DNA of 64,000 nt from Candidatus Omnitrophota bacterium (GCA_028865345.1 JAGWKL010000009.1:7382-71381); one strand, 5' to 3'; positions 9,565 to 21,002 are shown, numbered from the stretch's first letter. Program-made: numbers and translations. The notes: generated from the letters alone by a model not told the origin.

Positions 9565-10117
9565 CACGCGCATGGGGCGGGACAAGGCCCTGCTTTCCTT
9601 TCACGGCAAACCTCAGGTGGAATACGTTGGCGGCCTCCTGCAACAATTCTGCAAAAAAGTTTTCCTGTCGAAAAGGGCCGACCAGCCGCCGTACAAGGCC
9701 TTTGACTCCATCGATGATGCTCCTGAATTTTCCGGCCAGGGCCCTTTAAGCGGGATTTTATCTGCCATGAAGGAATACCGGGGCCATGACTGGCTGGTTA
9801 TGGCCTGTGATCTGCCCCTGGCGGGCGAGGAAGCGGTCCGAACGCTTCTCGCCGGCCGGGACCGCAGCAAAACAGCCACGGCTTTTATCAGCACCCATGA
9901 CCAATTGCCTGAACCTTTATGCGCCGTTTGGGAAGGGCATGCCTACGCCGCCATCTTAAAATCATTCAACGAAGGCATTCATTGCCCGCGCAAAATCCTG
10001 CTCAAAAGCGATGCCGCTTTGGTCAGCCAAACAAATCCGCATTGGCTGGACAACATCAACACCCTTAAAGAGTACGAAGCATTAATAAAGACCGCGCCGT
10101 TTGTTTTTTCCCGTTAA
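9512..10117 (+). CDS. mobA: Molybdenum cofactor guanylyltransferase
   Basis: LILAGGYSTRMGRDKALL is the MobA signature. The start was chosen at the internal ATG of MKATNHKLFGL. The track ORF begins at 9470. Confidence 0.85.
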   Translation: MKATNHKLFGLILAGGYSTRMGRDKALLSFHGKPQVEYVGGLLQQFCKKVFLSKRADQPPYKAFDSIDDAPEFSGQGPLSGILSAMKEYRGHDWLVMACDLPLAGEEAVRTLLAGRDRSKTATAFISTHDQLPEPLCAVWEGHAYAAILKSFNEGIHCPRKILLKSDAALVSQTNPHWLDNINTLKEYEALIKTAPFVFSR

Positions 10118-10152
10118 ATCGTATATACTTACATTTAGGATGCTTGATCGAT

Positions 10153-10254
10153 AATAGCAAACCCCGCGTAAGCGGGGGACGCAAAGCTATAGGGTCCTTT
10201 TGAGGGATAGGACAGCCTGGCCGCCGAAATAAGCTTCGAAGACCACGCCCTATT
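10153..10254 (+). promoter_or_regulatory. Candidate c-di-GMP-I (GEMM) riboswitch in the 5' leader of the tandem-REC gene
   Basis: The sequence is AGCAAACC-CCGC-GUAA-GCGG-GGGACGCAAAGC. This reproduces the GEMM-I core: GGCAAACC, a GNRA-capped hairpin, and GGGACGCAAAGCC. A possible P1 pairs AAUAG at 10153-10157 with CUAUU at 10250-10254. Confidence 0.45.
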
Positions 10255-10319
10255 CCTTAAATCAAGCAGTTTAAGGGATAGGTTTTTTATTTAATGGGCA
10301 TCCCTGGAGGGAGGGGCGC

Positions 10320-11123
10320 TTGATGAATAAAATACTGATCGTTGATGAAAAAGAAGCCCTTGCCCGCCAAATTGAAGAGCGTCTTTCTTCGACAGGTTTT
10401 GAAATTCTTTATGCGCCGGACGGCCTTTATGGTTTCCAGATGGCCAAGGACAAAACCCCGGATCTGATCATCACCGACGCCTCGATCCCCATGATCAGCG
10501 GTTATGAGTTATGCAAGGCGATCAAGCTTGATAAAGACACCCAATCCATCCCCATCGTGGTCATGACGGAAAAACACCGCATGGAAGAAGCCTTCATGTT
10601 TTTGGGCGTCAAAGATTTTCTGGAAAAGCCCGTTAACATGGATGAATTGGAGAAAGTCGTGAGGAACAAACTCCAATTTTCCAGGATCATGCAATTGCAA
10701 AGGTCCAAGGTCCTGGTGAGCGGCAACCCGGAAGTCCTGTCAGTTTGCGAAAAACTGCTTAAACACGACAAGTATTGGATGGGGTGTTTTTGTGATAATG
10801 GCGATTCCTGTCTGGAATTGGCCGCCAGGTATTCCCCGGATGTCATCCTGGTGGATATCCTCAAGCCGGGCATGACCTCCGATGAGGTGATACGCCAGCT
10901 TAAAACACTGCCGGGACTGAAAAATAGCGTTATTCTGGCCTATTACTCCCTCTCCGGGCAGAACAAGGACTATATTGCCGTCCAGGTCCAAATGATGGAA
11001 GTCCAATACATGAAAATCCTGGCGCTCGAAGCGGGCGCCAAGGAATATCTGGGGGCCTTAAATCCCGATACCTTCCTGAAACTCATCAATATCTACCGCA
11101 GGGAATTTAACTTTATCATTTAA
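10320..11123 (+). CDS. Tandem receiver-domain response regulator-like protein with no output domain
   Basis: The N-terminal REC has a phosphoacceptor context LIITDASIPMISG and K-box EKPV. The second half is REC-like and degenerate. Confidence 0.7.
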   Translation: MMNKILIVDEKEALARQIEERLSSTGFEILYAPDGLYGFQMAKDKTPDLIITDASIPMISGYELCKAIKLDKDTQSIPIVVMTEKHRMEEAFMFLGVKDFLEKPVNMDELEKVVRNKLQFSRIMQLQRSKVLVSGNPEVLSVCEKLLKHDKYWMGCFCDNGDSCLELAARYSPDVILVDILKPGMTSDEVIRQLKTLPGLKNSVILAYYSLSGQNKDYIAVQVQMMEVQYMKILALEAGAKEYLGALNPDTFLKLINIYRREFNFII

Positions 11124-11162
11124 AATTTGCGTGGTTTGGGATATTTTGTTAATATTCCTTTT

Positions 11163-12227
11163 ATGTTAGTTGTTGGTGTAAGCCACAAAACAGCGCCTAT
11201 TGGGGTCCGGGAAAAGTTTTTCTTAAATCCTTCCCAGCAGGACTTGCTCCTGAGTGAACTGAAAAATCATCCCCAGATCACGGAAGGTTTTGTCCTTTCG
11301 ACCTGCAACCGGACCGAGGTCTATCTGAAATGCCTAAATGAGGATGTCGGCCCTTCCTTTGTTGTGGCGCTTATCGCCAAGGTCAAAAAGATCAATTTTG
11401 ATTTTGATACAGGCCTTTATGTTTATTCCTATGAAGGGCCCGGGGCCCTGGACCATCTTTTAAGGGTGGCCTGCGGCCTGGAGTCCATGGTGTTGGGAGA
11501 AAAGCAGATCCTGGGGCAGGTCAAGCTGGCGGTGGAGCGTTCACATGGGGCAGGCACCCTGTCGCGTTATTTCAATATCCTGACCAATGTGGCCATCCGC
11601 GCTGGCAAAAAGGCCCAAAACGAAACCCAAATCAGCCACGGCGGATCTTCCGTTTCCTGGGCGGCCGTGAAAATGGCTGAAAAAGCCCTTGGCGATCTTA
11701 AGGGAAAATCCGTGCTGGTCATCGGCGCCGGAAAAATGGGAGGGATCGCCCTCGAACATCTTCAGGGGCTGGGTGTCAAAAAAATATTTTTAATGAACCG
11801 TACAGGCGAAAAAGCGGAGGCCCTGGCCGCCAAATACAACGGCATCCCGTCTTCTTTTTGGAACATCAGGGAGATTTTAAGCGAAGCGGACGTTTGCTTT
11901 TGCGCCGTGGGCGCCCCGCATTATATTCTCGACAAAGAAAAGATCGCCGATATCGCATCACAGCGCGGCGGGCGATTGCTCGTCTTGATAGACATTTCCA
12001 TGCCGCGCAACATCGACCCTGAAGTCGGGAAGCTTGCGGATGTCCATTTAAGCGCCATTGATGATCTGCAGGTTGTTTTGGACAACAACATGAAAAAACG
12101 CAGCCAGGCCGTGCACCAGGTTGAGGATATTATCCGCCAAAAAATCACCGAGTTCAAAGTCAAGATCGCCAAATTGGAACATACGCCCGGCACCGATTTT
12201 TATGAGCATCGGCGAATGCCCGGCTAG
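11163..12227 (+). CDS. hemA: Glutamyl-tRNA reductase
   Basis: VVGVSHKTAPIGVREK and STCNRTEVY contain the catalytic Cys. An NADP-binding GAGKMG is present. The start was chosen at the internal ATG. Confidence 0.85.
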   Translation: MLVVGVSHKTAPIGVREKFFLNPSQQDLLLSELKNHPQITEGFVLSTCNRTEVYLKCLNEDVGPSFVVALIAKVKKINFDFDTGLYVYSYEGPGALDHLLRVACGLESMVLGEKQILGQVKLAVERSHGAGTLSRYFNILTNVAIRAGKKAQNETQISHGGSSVSWAAVKMAEKALGDLKGKSVLVIGAGKMGGIALEHLQGLGVKKIFLMNRTGEKAEALAAKYNGIPSSFWNIREILSEADVCFCAVGAPHYILDKEKIADIASQRGGRLLVLIDISMPRNIDPEVGKLADVHLSAIDDLQVVLDNNMKKRSQAVHQVEDIIRQKITEFKVKIAKLEHTPGTDFYEHRRMPG

Positions 12228-12258
12228 AGGGCCAATCTAAGGATATCGACAGAACAAT

Positions 12259-12564
12259 ATGACAGCCGGGATCATTTTAACAGTCTGGGGCCTTCTTCTT
12301 ATATTAGGAGGCTTTCTGGGGTTTAAAAAGGGGAGCAAGGTCTCGCTCATTGCGGGCGCCTCATGCGGCATCCTCGTCTTTCTCGGTATTTGGATATTGA
12401 GTTTCGCGCCCAAACCGGGCTGGGTATTTTTGAGTTGTTTGAATTTCTTGTTGTCTTTGAACTTTCTTTCCAGGCTCCTTAAAACCAAAAAATTCATGCC
12501 TTCCGGCATGCTTTTAATTCTCACCCTGGCTGTGTTGATTTTCTGCCTGGCCGGACTTAAGTGA
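12259..12564 (+). CDS. Small four-TM membrane protein (TMEM14-like)
   Basis: It is 101 aa and almost entirely hydrophobic, with Gly-rich helices. Confidence 0.5.
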   Translation: MTAGIILTVWGLLLILGGFLGFKKGSKVSLIAGASCGILVFLGIWILSFAPKPGWVFLSCLNFLLSLNFLSRLLKTKKFMPSGMLLILTLAVLIFCLAGLK

Positions 12565-12568
12565 ACAC

Positions 12569-12769
12569 ATGCCTAAAAAGCCGGCTGATGAACGCCCCCA
12601 ATTTTTTTTAATGTCACAAGGCTGGAACATCGCCATCGCCATCCTGGTATTGGTGCTGTTAGGCCATTGGATGGACGAAAAATTCCACACCGCGTATCTT
12701 TTTACGGCGGCAGGGGCGCTGTTGGGGGTCTTGTATTCTTTATATGAAATTTGGCGGATGTTGAAATAA
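12569..12769 (+). CDS. AtpZ/AtpI-like small membrane protein preceding the atp operon
   Basis: It is 66 aa with two TM segments, sits immediately upstream of atpB, and is followed by a weak hairpin plus T-run. Confidence 0.5.
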   Translation: MPKKPADERPQFFLMSQGWNIAIAILVLVLLGHWMDEKFHTAYLFTAAGALLGVLYSLYEIWRMLK

Positions 12770-12983
12770 TTTACGTAGTAATACTGATTGCGCAAACTCC
12801 CGAAAGGTTTAGACTAAAAAAGTATTCAAGTTCGGCAAAGCTGTCGATCCCAACAGGACAAAGATGCCCTCAGTGTTTCCGCTTTGGCGGCCAGACCCTG
12901 GGGGCCTTTTATTTAATAAAGTTTTAATGTTTTATGGCTAAAAACTTGCGCTGTTTTAACTTATCGTTTATCATATCAACATC

Positions 12984-13748
12984 ATGTTCCCCACATTTAA
13001 TTTAAGCGACTATATCATGCATCACATCGTCAATTCCCATGAGTGGCATATCCCGTTCTTTGGCGCTGTGGGGCTTGGCGGTTTTTTGACCATGCACGCC
13101 TTGATGATGTTCATCGGCACGGCCCTCGTACTGATTTTGTTCCTGGTGCTTTACCGCAAAGACGAACGCGTGCCCGCAGGCCTTACCAATTGCCTGGAGA
13201 TGTTTGTGGTTTTTATCCGCGATGAAGTCGCCATCCCGAGCCTCGGGGAAAAAGACGGTCTGTTGTTCACCCCGATGCTATGCACGCTTTTTTTCTTTAT
13301 TTTGGTCCTTAATCTCCTTGGACTTATCCCGCTTTTCGAACCTGCTACGGCCAACATCAATGTGACAGGGCCGCTGGCCTATCTTATCCTGGTTTTGATG
13401 GTTGTCGGCACTCTTGTACGCAACGGTCCCAAAGGCATATGGCATGCCATGATCCCCTCGACCTTGCCCAAGCTTCTTATCCCTTTTTTTTTGGTCACGG
13501 AGGTCGTGAGCATATTAGTGCGCACCGTCGCCCTGGCGATACGGCTTTTCGCGAACATGATAGCCGGCCACATGGTGATTTTGTCTTTTCTGGGACTGGT
13601 GGTCCTGTTCGGCTGGTGGGCCATGCTGGCCCCGGTGGTTGCCGTATTTTTTTACTGCCTGGACATTTTTGTGGCCTTTTTGCAGGCTTATATATTTATT
13701 TTGCTGTCTGCCGTATTTATCGGGCAAATGTACCATCCGGAACATTGA
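12984..13748 (+). CDS. atpB: F0F1 ATP synthase subunit a
   Basis: The sequence LAIRLFANMIAGH contains the essential Arg. Confidence 0.9.
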   Translation: MFPTFNLSDYIMHHIVNSHEWHIPFFGAVGLGGFLTMHALMMFIGTALVLILFLVLYRKDERVPAGLTNCLEMFVVFIRDEVAIPSLGEKDGLLFTPMLCTLFFFILVLNLLGLIPLFEPATANINVTGPLAYLILVLMVVGTLVRNGPKGIWHAMIPSTLPKLLIPFFLVTEVVSILVRTVALAIRLFANMIAGHMVILSFLGLVVLFGWWAMLAPVVAVFFYCLDIFVAFLQAYIFILLSAVFIGQMYHPEH

Positions 13749-13853
13749 AACGGGGTTTAAACACAGCATAAGAAAGGTCGCTTCTCTGAATAAAATTAAG
13801 GTAGCGGCACAAACCGGGAATTAAATTTATTAACCTTAAGGGAGGAAGTTTTT

Positions 13854-14084
13854 ATGAATCCACAATTATTGCATTTAGGGGAGATTTCCGCAGGGGCGGG
13901 TCTCGGGCTTTCCGCCGTCGGTGCGGGTATCGGGGTGGGACTTATCTTTGCGGCAGCCATCCAGGCCATCGCCCGCCAGCCGGAATTGACCAATAAATTG
14001 CAGACCCTGATGTTCATCGGCGCAGCCATTGTCGAAGGGGTGGCGTTTTTCTGCGCCATTATTTGTTTTTTAGCCATCAAATAA
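13854..14084 (+). CDS. atpE: ATP synthase subunit c
   Basis: It is a 76-aa hairpin proteolipid with a conserved carboxylate in AAIVEGVAFF. Confidence 0.9.
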   Translation: MNPQLLHLGEISAGAGLGLSAVGAGIGVGLIFAAAIQAIARQPELTNKLQTLMFIGAAIVEGVAFFCAIICFLAIK

Positions 14085-14093
14085 AGGTCCATT

Positions 14094-14636
14094 ATGTCCG
14101 ATACCACCGCGCATACACAAGCCCCTTCGGGCGGCCACCAGCAGACGGGGATCCTGACGCCGGATGCGACCCTGTTGACCTTGACCTGGGTGACCTTTTT
14201 TGTGCTGATGTTCATCCTGCATAAATTCGCCTGGAAACCCATACTTGCCGGCCTTAAAAAACGCGAAGATTACATCCGCAAGTCCGTTGAAGATGCGGAC
14301 AAGATCACCCGGCAGCTGGCCGAGATTGAACAAGACAAGACCAAGATACTTAACGAGGCCAAGGATAAGGCCAATGCCATCATCGAACAGTCCCGCAAGA
14401 TGAGCCATGAGATGGCCATGCATGTTGAGGCCGGCGCCAAAAAGAACGCCGAGGAGATCATCAACAGCGCCCGTCAGGAACTGGCCGGGGAGCGCGAGCG
14501 CGTCCTGGTCGCTTTGAAAAAAGAGAGCGTCCAGGCGGCCGTGTCTTTGTCTGAAAAGATCCTCAAGGAAAATCTCGATACCGAAAAGAACCGGAAATTG
14601 ATCAACGACGCCATTAAGGACATTGAACCGTCATGA
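14094..14636 (+). CDS. atpF: ATP synthase subunit b
   Basis: It has a single N-terminal TM followed by a long charged coiled coil. Its operon position supports the call. Confidence 0.8.
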   Translation: MSDTTAHTQAPSGGHQQTGILTPDATLLTLTWVTFFVLMFILHKFAWKPILAGLKKREDYIRKSVEDADKITRQLAEIEQDKTKILNEAKDKANAIIEQSRKMSHEMAMHVEAGAKKNAEEIINSARQELAGERERVLVALKKESVQAAVSLSEKILKENLDTEKNRKLINDAIKDIEPS

Positions 14637-15154
14637 GCCGGACTGCTGACCGTTATGCCAAAGCCATTTTTGAATTGGCCCGGGAACAAAACATCCTTGA
14701 AGCTGTGCAGGAATCCATGACTGAGATAAGAACGCTTATCATCACCTTGGAGGGTTTCCGGAGGTTTTTGGGCAATCCCTTGCTTTCTTACGAGGAACGC
14801 CGCGCTGTCCTGACCAGCCTCTTCGAGGGAAAAATCCCCGAGTTGGCCTTAAGGGCCCTTTTATTCATCACGTATAAGAACCGTTTGCCCATCTTGAGGG
14901 ACATCATCGAATCTTTTGACAGCTTATACCTGGCCGGCACCGGCACGATCAGGGCCTATATCAGGACGGCATTGCCCATTACGGACCAGGACAAAGCCTT
15001 GATCGACGGGCAGCTGCATGATAAATTCCGCCAACGGATGCTGACCCGCTGGTCCGTGGACGGCTCGCTCATAGGGGGCTTTAGGATTTTTATTCAAGGA
15101 GTCATTTACGATTATAGTTTTAAGAACCAGTTGAACCATTTCTTGCAACTATAG
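14633..15154 (+). CDS. atpH: ATP synthase subunit delta (OSCP)
   Basis: The N-terminus ADRYAKAIFELAREQN matches OSCP. It is placed between atpF and atpA. Confidence 0.8.
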   Translation: MSRTADRYAKAIFELAREQNILEAVQESMTEIRTLIITLEGFRRFLGNPLLSYEERRAVLTSLFEGKIPELALRALLFITYKNRLPILRDIIESFDSLYLAGTGTIRAYIRTALPITDQDKALIDGQLHDKFRQRMLTRWSVDGSLIGGFRIFIQGVIYDYSFKNQLNHFLQL

Positions 15155-15208
15155 GAACAAAGCGCAGCATAAAGTAAACCTTACAACAACCCCTAACAGA
15201 GAGTTCAT

Positions 15209-16723
15209 ATGCCTCAACAATTGAATCCCGATGAAATATCCGCCATCCTCAAACAGCAATTAAGCCATTTTACAGCCAAGGTGGAGACCTTTGAGGTGGG
15301 CACCGTGCTTAATGTCGGTGACGGCATCGCGCGTGTCTACGGCCTTTCCAATGTCATGGCCGGTGAGATCGTGCAATTTACCAACGGCATCAAGGGCCTG
15401 GCGCTTAATCTGGAAGAAAGCAATGTGGGTGTGGCCATTTTCGGATCGGACGCCGATATTAAGGAAGGCGATGAGGTCAGGCGCACGGGCAAAATTGCCT
15501 CCGTGCCTGCGGGGGACGGTCTTTTGGGCCGCATTGTGGATGCTCTGGGGGCTGCGGTTGACGGCAAACCGGCTTTCACTTCCAATGTCCTGCAGCCCAT
15601 TGAAGTCAAGGCTCCCGGCATCATCGACCGCAAGAACGTGCATGAGCCATTGCAGACCGGCATCAAGGTCATTGATGCCTTGACGCCCATCGGCCGCGGC
15701 CAGCGCGAATTGATCATCGGGGACCGTAAAACGGGCAAGACCACTCTTGCCGTCGATACCATCATCAATCAAAAGGGCAAGGGCGTGTATTGCTTTTACG
15801 TGGCCATCGGCCAGAAAAGATCGACGGTGGTCCAGGTCTTTGAGACGTTGCGCAAATTCGGGGCCATGGACTACACGACCATCGTGGCAGCCACGGCTTC
15901 CGACCCCGCACCCATGCAATTTTTAGCGCCATATGCCGGCTGCGCCATGGCAGAGTATTACCGGGACAACGGTAAACATGCGTTGATCATCTACGACGAT
16001 TTGACCAAACACGCCCAGTCCTACCGCCAGCTTTCGCTCTTGTTGCGGCGTCCGCCGGGCCGTGAAGCTTATCCCGGCGATATTTTCTATCTTCACAGCC
16101 GCCTCCTGGAGCGCGCGGCCAAATTGTCCGACAAAAAAGGGGCAGGTTCCCTGACGGCCCTGCCGGTCATCGAGACCCAGGCCGGGGACGTGTCCGCCTA
16201 TATCCCCACCAATGTCATTTCCATTACCGACGGCCAGATTTTCCTGGAAGGCGACCTTTTCAATGCCGGCCAGCGCCCGGCCATCAATGCAGGGCTTTCG
16301 GTGTCACGTGTGGGCGGTGATGCCCAGGTCAAGGCCATGAAGCAGACCGCGGGGTCCCTGCGCCTGGAACTGGCCCAGTACCGGGAGCTCGCGGCATTTT
16401 CGCAATTTGCCTCAGACTTAGACCAGGCCACCCGCAAACAGCTCGACCGCGGCAGGAGATTGATGGAGATCATCAAGCAGGGCATCCATGTGCCGTTGCC
16501 GGTCGTTAAACAAGTCGCCATCATTTTTGCCGGGACAAACGGATTTCTGGACGATGTCCCGGCCAACAGGGTGTGCGATTTTGAAGAATTCCTCTCTGCC
16601 CAAATAGACACCCAATACCATGACTTTGTGCAGTTGTTCAATAAAACCATGACCATGACCGATGAAATCAAAGCGGCATTAAAGAAATTATTGGAAGAAG
16701 TTAAATCGTCATTTAAAATATGA
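15209..16723 (+). CDS. atpA: ATP synthase subunit alpha
   Basis: It carries a Walker A motif GDRKTGKT and alpha-specific regions. Confidence 0.95.
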   Translation: MPQQLNPDEISAILKQQLSHFTAKVETFEVGTVLNVGDGIARVYGLSNVMAGEIVQFTNGIKGLALNLEESNVGVAIFGSDADIKEGDEVRRTGKIASVPAGDGLLGRIVDALGAAVDGKPAFTSNVLQPIEVKAPGIIDRKNVHEPLQTGIKVIDALTPIGRGQRELIIGDRKTGKTTLAVDTIINQKGKGVYCFYVAIGQKRSTVVQVFETLRKFGAMDYTTIVAATASDPAPMQFLAPYAGCAMAEYYRDNGKHALIIYDDLTKHAQSYRQLSLLLRRPPGREAYPGDIFYLHSRLLERAAKLSDKKGAGSLTALPVIETQAGDVSAYIPTNVISITDGQIFLEGDLFNAGQRPAINAGLSVSRVGGDAQVKAMKQTAGSLRLELAQYRELAAFSQFASDLDQATRKQLDRGRRLMEIIKQGIHVPLPVVKQVAIIFAGTNGFLDDVPANRVCDFEEFLSAQIDTQYHDFVQLFNKTMTMTDEIKAALKKLLEEVKSSFKI

Positions 16724-17604
16724 TCGGCATCAGAGAATTCAATAAAAAAATAGCCTCGCTGAAAAACACCCGCAAGATGACCAAGACGATGAAGATGGTC
16801 TCTGCCAGTAAATTCAAGCGGGCGCACAAGGCACAAGAGAGCGCGCAGGATTACGCCCAGAAACTGGGCAAATTAATGGAAAGCCTCTCCGGCGCAGGCC
16901 CCACCAACCATCCCTTGCTCAAAACCAAAAGGGCGGTCACCCGCAGTTTGATCGTTTTATTTACCTCCGACAAAGGCTTATGCGGGGGGTTCAATAATAA
17001 TTTGATCCGAAAAACCCGGCACTGGATCTCGGACAATCCCTATAAGTACACCGTTATCGGGATGAGCTTTTGCGGCCGGCGCGGCTATATGGCTTTCCGC
17101 CGCAGTGCTAAAATCAGCAAATATTATGAGAACATCACGGCCAAGCCGGAATTTGAAGGGGCCTTGAAGGTGGCGCAGGAAATTACGGATTCCTTTATCA
17201 ACAGCGAGTATGAAGAGATTTATCTGGCTTATAACCGTTTCGATGGGGCCATGACCCAGACCCCGGTGATCGAAAAGATCCTGCCATTGGATGCGTCTGT
17301 TTTCAGCAAATCCGAGGCCCCCCTGAAATCCAAAGGGCCGCGATCGATGGATTATACGTATGAACCCGAAGAAAAGGAGATCCTGTATTTTTTGATACCG
17401 AAATTCCTGAACTTTAAGATTTTTTATACGTTACTGGAAAATGCGGCCGGGGAACACGGGGCGCGCATGACCGCCATGGACAAGGCTTCCCAGAATACCG
17501 GCGAACTCATCGACCGCTATACGCTCTTGCGCAACCGCGCCAGGCAGGCGGCGATCACGAATGAATTGATCGAGATCATTTCAGGAGCGGAAGCTCTCAA
17601 ATAA
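16720..17604 (+). CDS. atpG: ATP synthase subunit gamma
   Basis: A gamma-family N-terminus and C-terminal helix ([15 protein letters not shown]) are present. Confidence 0.9.
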   Translation: MIGIREFNKKIASLKNTRKMTKTMKMVSASKFKRAHKAQESAQDYAQKLGKLMESLSGAGPTNHPLLKTKRAVTRSLIVLFTSDKGLCGGFNNNLIRKTRHWISDNPYKYTVIGMSFCGRRGYMAFRRSAKISKYYENITAKPEFEGALKVAQEITDSFINSEYEEIYLAYNRFDGAMTQTPVIEKILPLDASVFSKSEAPLKSKGPRSMDYTYEPEEKEILYFLIPKFLNFKIFYTLLENAAGEHGARMTAMDKASQNTGELIDRYTLLRNRARQAAITNELIEIISGAEALK

Positions 17605-19035
<1,431 letters not shown>

Positions 19036-19039
19036 TATT

Positions 19040-19300
19040 ATGAGCTTTAAACTGTCCATAGTCGCGCCCAGCGGCAAAATTTTTGAGAACACGGTCGATT
19101 CTGTTGCGCTTCCCGGCGCCGAAGGCGCATTTGAAGTCTACAGCATGCACACGCCCCTCATATCGACTTTAAAAGCAGGGCGCGCCCGGGTGCGCCGCGG
19201 GGACAAAGAAACCGCTTATGAGATCACCAGCGGTATCCTCGAAGTCGACCTCGAACACAACGTGACCTTATTGGCCGATCAGGCCACACCGGTTCAATGA
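19040..19300 (+). CDS. atpC: ATP synthase subunit epsilon, short form (86 aa, beta-sandwich only)
   Basis: MSFKLSIVAPSGKIFENTVDSVALPGAEGAFEVYSMHTPLISTL matches the epsilon N-terminal domain. The ORF track extends the same frame upstream into atpD, so an internal ATG was chosen. Confidence 0.75.
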   Translation: MSFKLSIVAPSGKIFENTVDSVALPGAEGAFEVYSMHTPLISTLKAGRARVRRGDKETAYEITSGILEVDLEHNVTLLADQATPVQ

Positions 19301-19848
19301 AGAAGCTCAGCGAGAAAGTGCTTTATGAAGGCCAGTGGCTTGCCGTGCATCAAACGGTCTACCGGACCAAACACGGCCTGCAATTGACCTGGGAAACGGT
19401 CCACCGCCGCCGTTCGACCGTGGGGGTCGTGGTTGTTGCCAGGCTCATGCCTTCCGGGCGTTTTATCCTCATCAAACAGTACCGTCCGGCCATCGACGGA
19501 TACATCATTTCCTTTCCGGCAGGGCTTGGGCAAAATGATCCCAACCATGCCCTGGTGGAATTAAAAGAAGAGACCGGTTATACGGGAACGATCAAGGTTG
19601 TCAGCCCCGTGGTAAAAACCGGATCATCGATGATCAATGATAATGCCAGGATCGTTTATGTCGAAGTCGACGAGTATGCGCCGGCCAACCAAAACCCCGT
19701 GCAAACCCTGGAGGATGCCGAAGACATCGAAGTCTGCCTGGTGGCCAAAGATGACGCCGAAAACTTCCTGCTCAAGCAGATAGAACAGGGTATAAGCGTG
19801 TCGGCCAATTTGTGGTACGTTTTTGGTATGGGACAATGGATAGTTTAG
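19297..19848 (+). CDS. NUDIX hydrolase (ADP-ribose pyrophosphatase-like)
   Basis: A Nudix-box-like segment PAGLGQNDPNHALVELKEETGY is present. The ATGA overlaps the atpC stop. Confidence 0.75.
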   Translation: MKKLSEKVLYEGQWLAVHQTVYRTKHGLQLTWETVHRRRSTVGVVVVARLMPSGRFILIKQYRPAIDGYIISFPAGLGQNDPNHALVELKEETGYTGTIKVVSPVVKTGSSMINDNARIVYVEVDEYAPANQNPVQTLEDAEDIEVCLVAKDDAENFLLKQIEQGISVSANLWYVFGMGQWIV

Positions 19849-19863
19849 AAAAGGAAAAAAACA

Positions 19864-20562
19864 ATGAAAACAATATTGGTATTTATTTTCAGCCTCTGCC
19901 TTGCCACCTGTGCTTTTGCCGATGGCTCCATTACGGGTACGGTCAAATATGAAGGGATGGTTCCCCCTAAAAGATTTATCCCCATGGAGGCCGACCCGGT
20001 CTGTTACGCGATCCATAAGGGCAATATTTATTTGCCGTCGCTTCTATTAGGGAAGGGCAACACCCTGGGCAATACGTTCGTGTTCATCAAAAGCGGCCTT
20101 AAGCAAAGCGTTTATCCGCCTCCGGCAAGGCCCGCGGTCATCAGTCAGGCGGGATGCGACTATCATCCCCATGTCATCGGGGTCATGGCAGGGCAGAAGG
20201 TCGAGTTCCTCAATCCTGACGGGACCCTGCACAATGTGCATGCCATGTGCAGGATCAATCCGCAATTCAACGCTTCCATGCCGCCTTTCCGCAAGGAAAT
20301 GGAAGTGACGTTTAAAAAACCGGAATTCATGTTCCCCGTTCAGTGCGACGTGCATCCATGGATGCGGGCATGGATGGCGGTGATGCCGGACCCGTTCTTT
20401 GCCGTGACGGGACAGGACGGCAAATTTGTGATCAAAAACGTGCCCGACGGCACCTACGTCGTTGAGGCCTGGCATGAAAGGCTGGGCACAAAAACAGCGA
20501 CAGTAAAGGTGGGGGGCAACTCCTCGCAAAAGATAGATTTTACTTTTTCCGAGACCAATTAG
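19864..20562 (+). CDS. Secreted protein with carboxypeptidase-regulatory-like beta-sandwich signatures and a putative Cu site (His...C-x2-H-x2-M)
   Basis: It has a signal peptide. GTVKYEG and DGKFVIKNVPDGTYVVEAWHE are typical of CarboxypepD_reg. HNVHAM...QCDVHPWMRAWM gives a Cys/His/Met ligand set. It lies directly upstream of the oxidase operon. Confidence 0.5.
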   Translation: MKTILVFIFSLCLATCAFADGSITGTVKYEGMVPPKRFIPMEADPVCYAIHKGNIYLPSLLLGKGNTLGNTFVFIKSGLKQSVYPPPARPAVISQAGCDYHPHVIGVMAGQKVEFLNPDGTLHNVHAMCRINPQFNASMPPFRKEMEVTFKKPEFMFPVQCDVHPWMRAWMAVMPDPFFAVTGQDGKFVIKNVPDGTYVVEAWHERLGTKTATVKVGGNSSQKIDFTFSETN

Positions 20563-20591
20563 TGTTAAAATATTTCTAATTAGGGGGTTTT

Positions 20592-20768
20592 ATGGGAATT
20601 AAGAATATTCACGTGCTTCTTATTGTTATTTCCATCCTGTTGTCCGTTGGTTTCGGATTTTGGGCGGTTTTCCATAACTATGCCGTATGGGGATATCTTT
20701 CGTTCATCATTGCAGCCGTTTTGATTGTTTACTGTGTTCAATTTATTAAAAAAATGAAAACTTTATGA
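20592..20768 (+). CDS. Unlisted small ORF, 58-aa two-TM membrane peptide
   Basis: The ATG follows a TAGGGGG RBS-like stretch. The product is MGIKNIHVLLIVISILLSVGFGFWAV... It sits upstream of coxA. Confidence 0.35.
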   Translation: MGIKNIHVLLIVISILLSVGFGFWAVFHNYAVWGYLSFIIAAVLIVYCVQFIKKMKTL

Positions 20769-20831
20769 TAAGAAAAATAGCGTCCGACTGCCCCGCCCGC
20801 AGCTTTCGCGAACCGCTATCAGAGAGTTGAT

Positions 20832-21002
20832 ATGATTTTTTGCGCAGTCTGCTTCGGGGATCCCACCTCGCCCCTCACTCACGGATACAATTACGCGGTG
20901 ATCACGTTATTGCTTGTTGTCACCGCTGTCTTATCGGCATTCGGCATGATGTTTTTGAATTTCCGTAAAAGAGAAAGAAATTTCATCCATAAAATAAAAT
21001 AG
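20832..21002 (+). CDS. Unlisted small ORF, 56-aa peptide with N-terminal CxxC followed by one TM
   Basis: It encodes MIFCAVCFGDPTSPL...VITLLLVVTAVLSAFGMMFL. It lies between the preceding small ORF and coxA. Confidence 0.35.
   Translation: MIFCAVCFGDPTSPLTHGYNYAVITLLLVVTAVLSAFGMMFLNFRKRERNFIHKIK

Noticed and set aside
10164-10175. Hairpin CCCCGC-GTAA-GCGGGG after mobA that first looked like an intrinsic terminator
   Set aside because: It is not followed by a T-run. It fits better as the GNRA-capped P2 helix of the GEMM-like element, flanked by GCAAACC and GGGACGCAAAGC.
12770-12983. Intergenic region between the atpZ-like gene and atpB scanned for a small RNA or ORF
   Set aside because: Only a weak hairpin GGCCAG...CTGGGGGCC plus a T-run was found, consistent with an attenuator or terminator, along with a sigma70-like promoter. 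No conserved motif was recognised.
19864-20562. The 232-aa exported protein considered as an extra CuA subunit II
   Set aside because: It has only one Cys in the candidate site, where CuA needs C-x3-C. It also lacks the N-terminal TM hairpin and the cupredoxin fold arrangement of subunit II.
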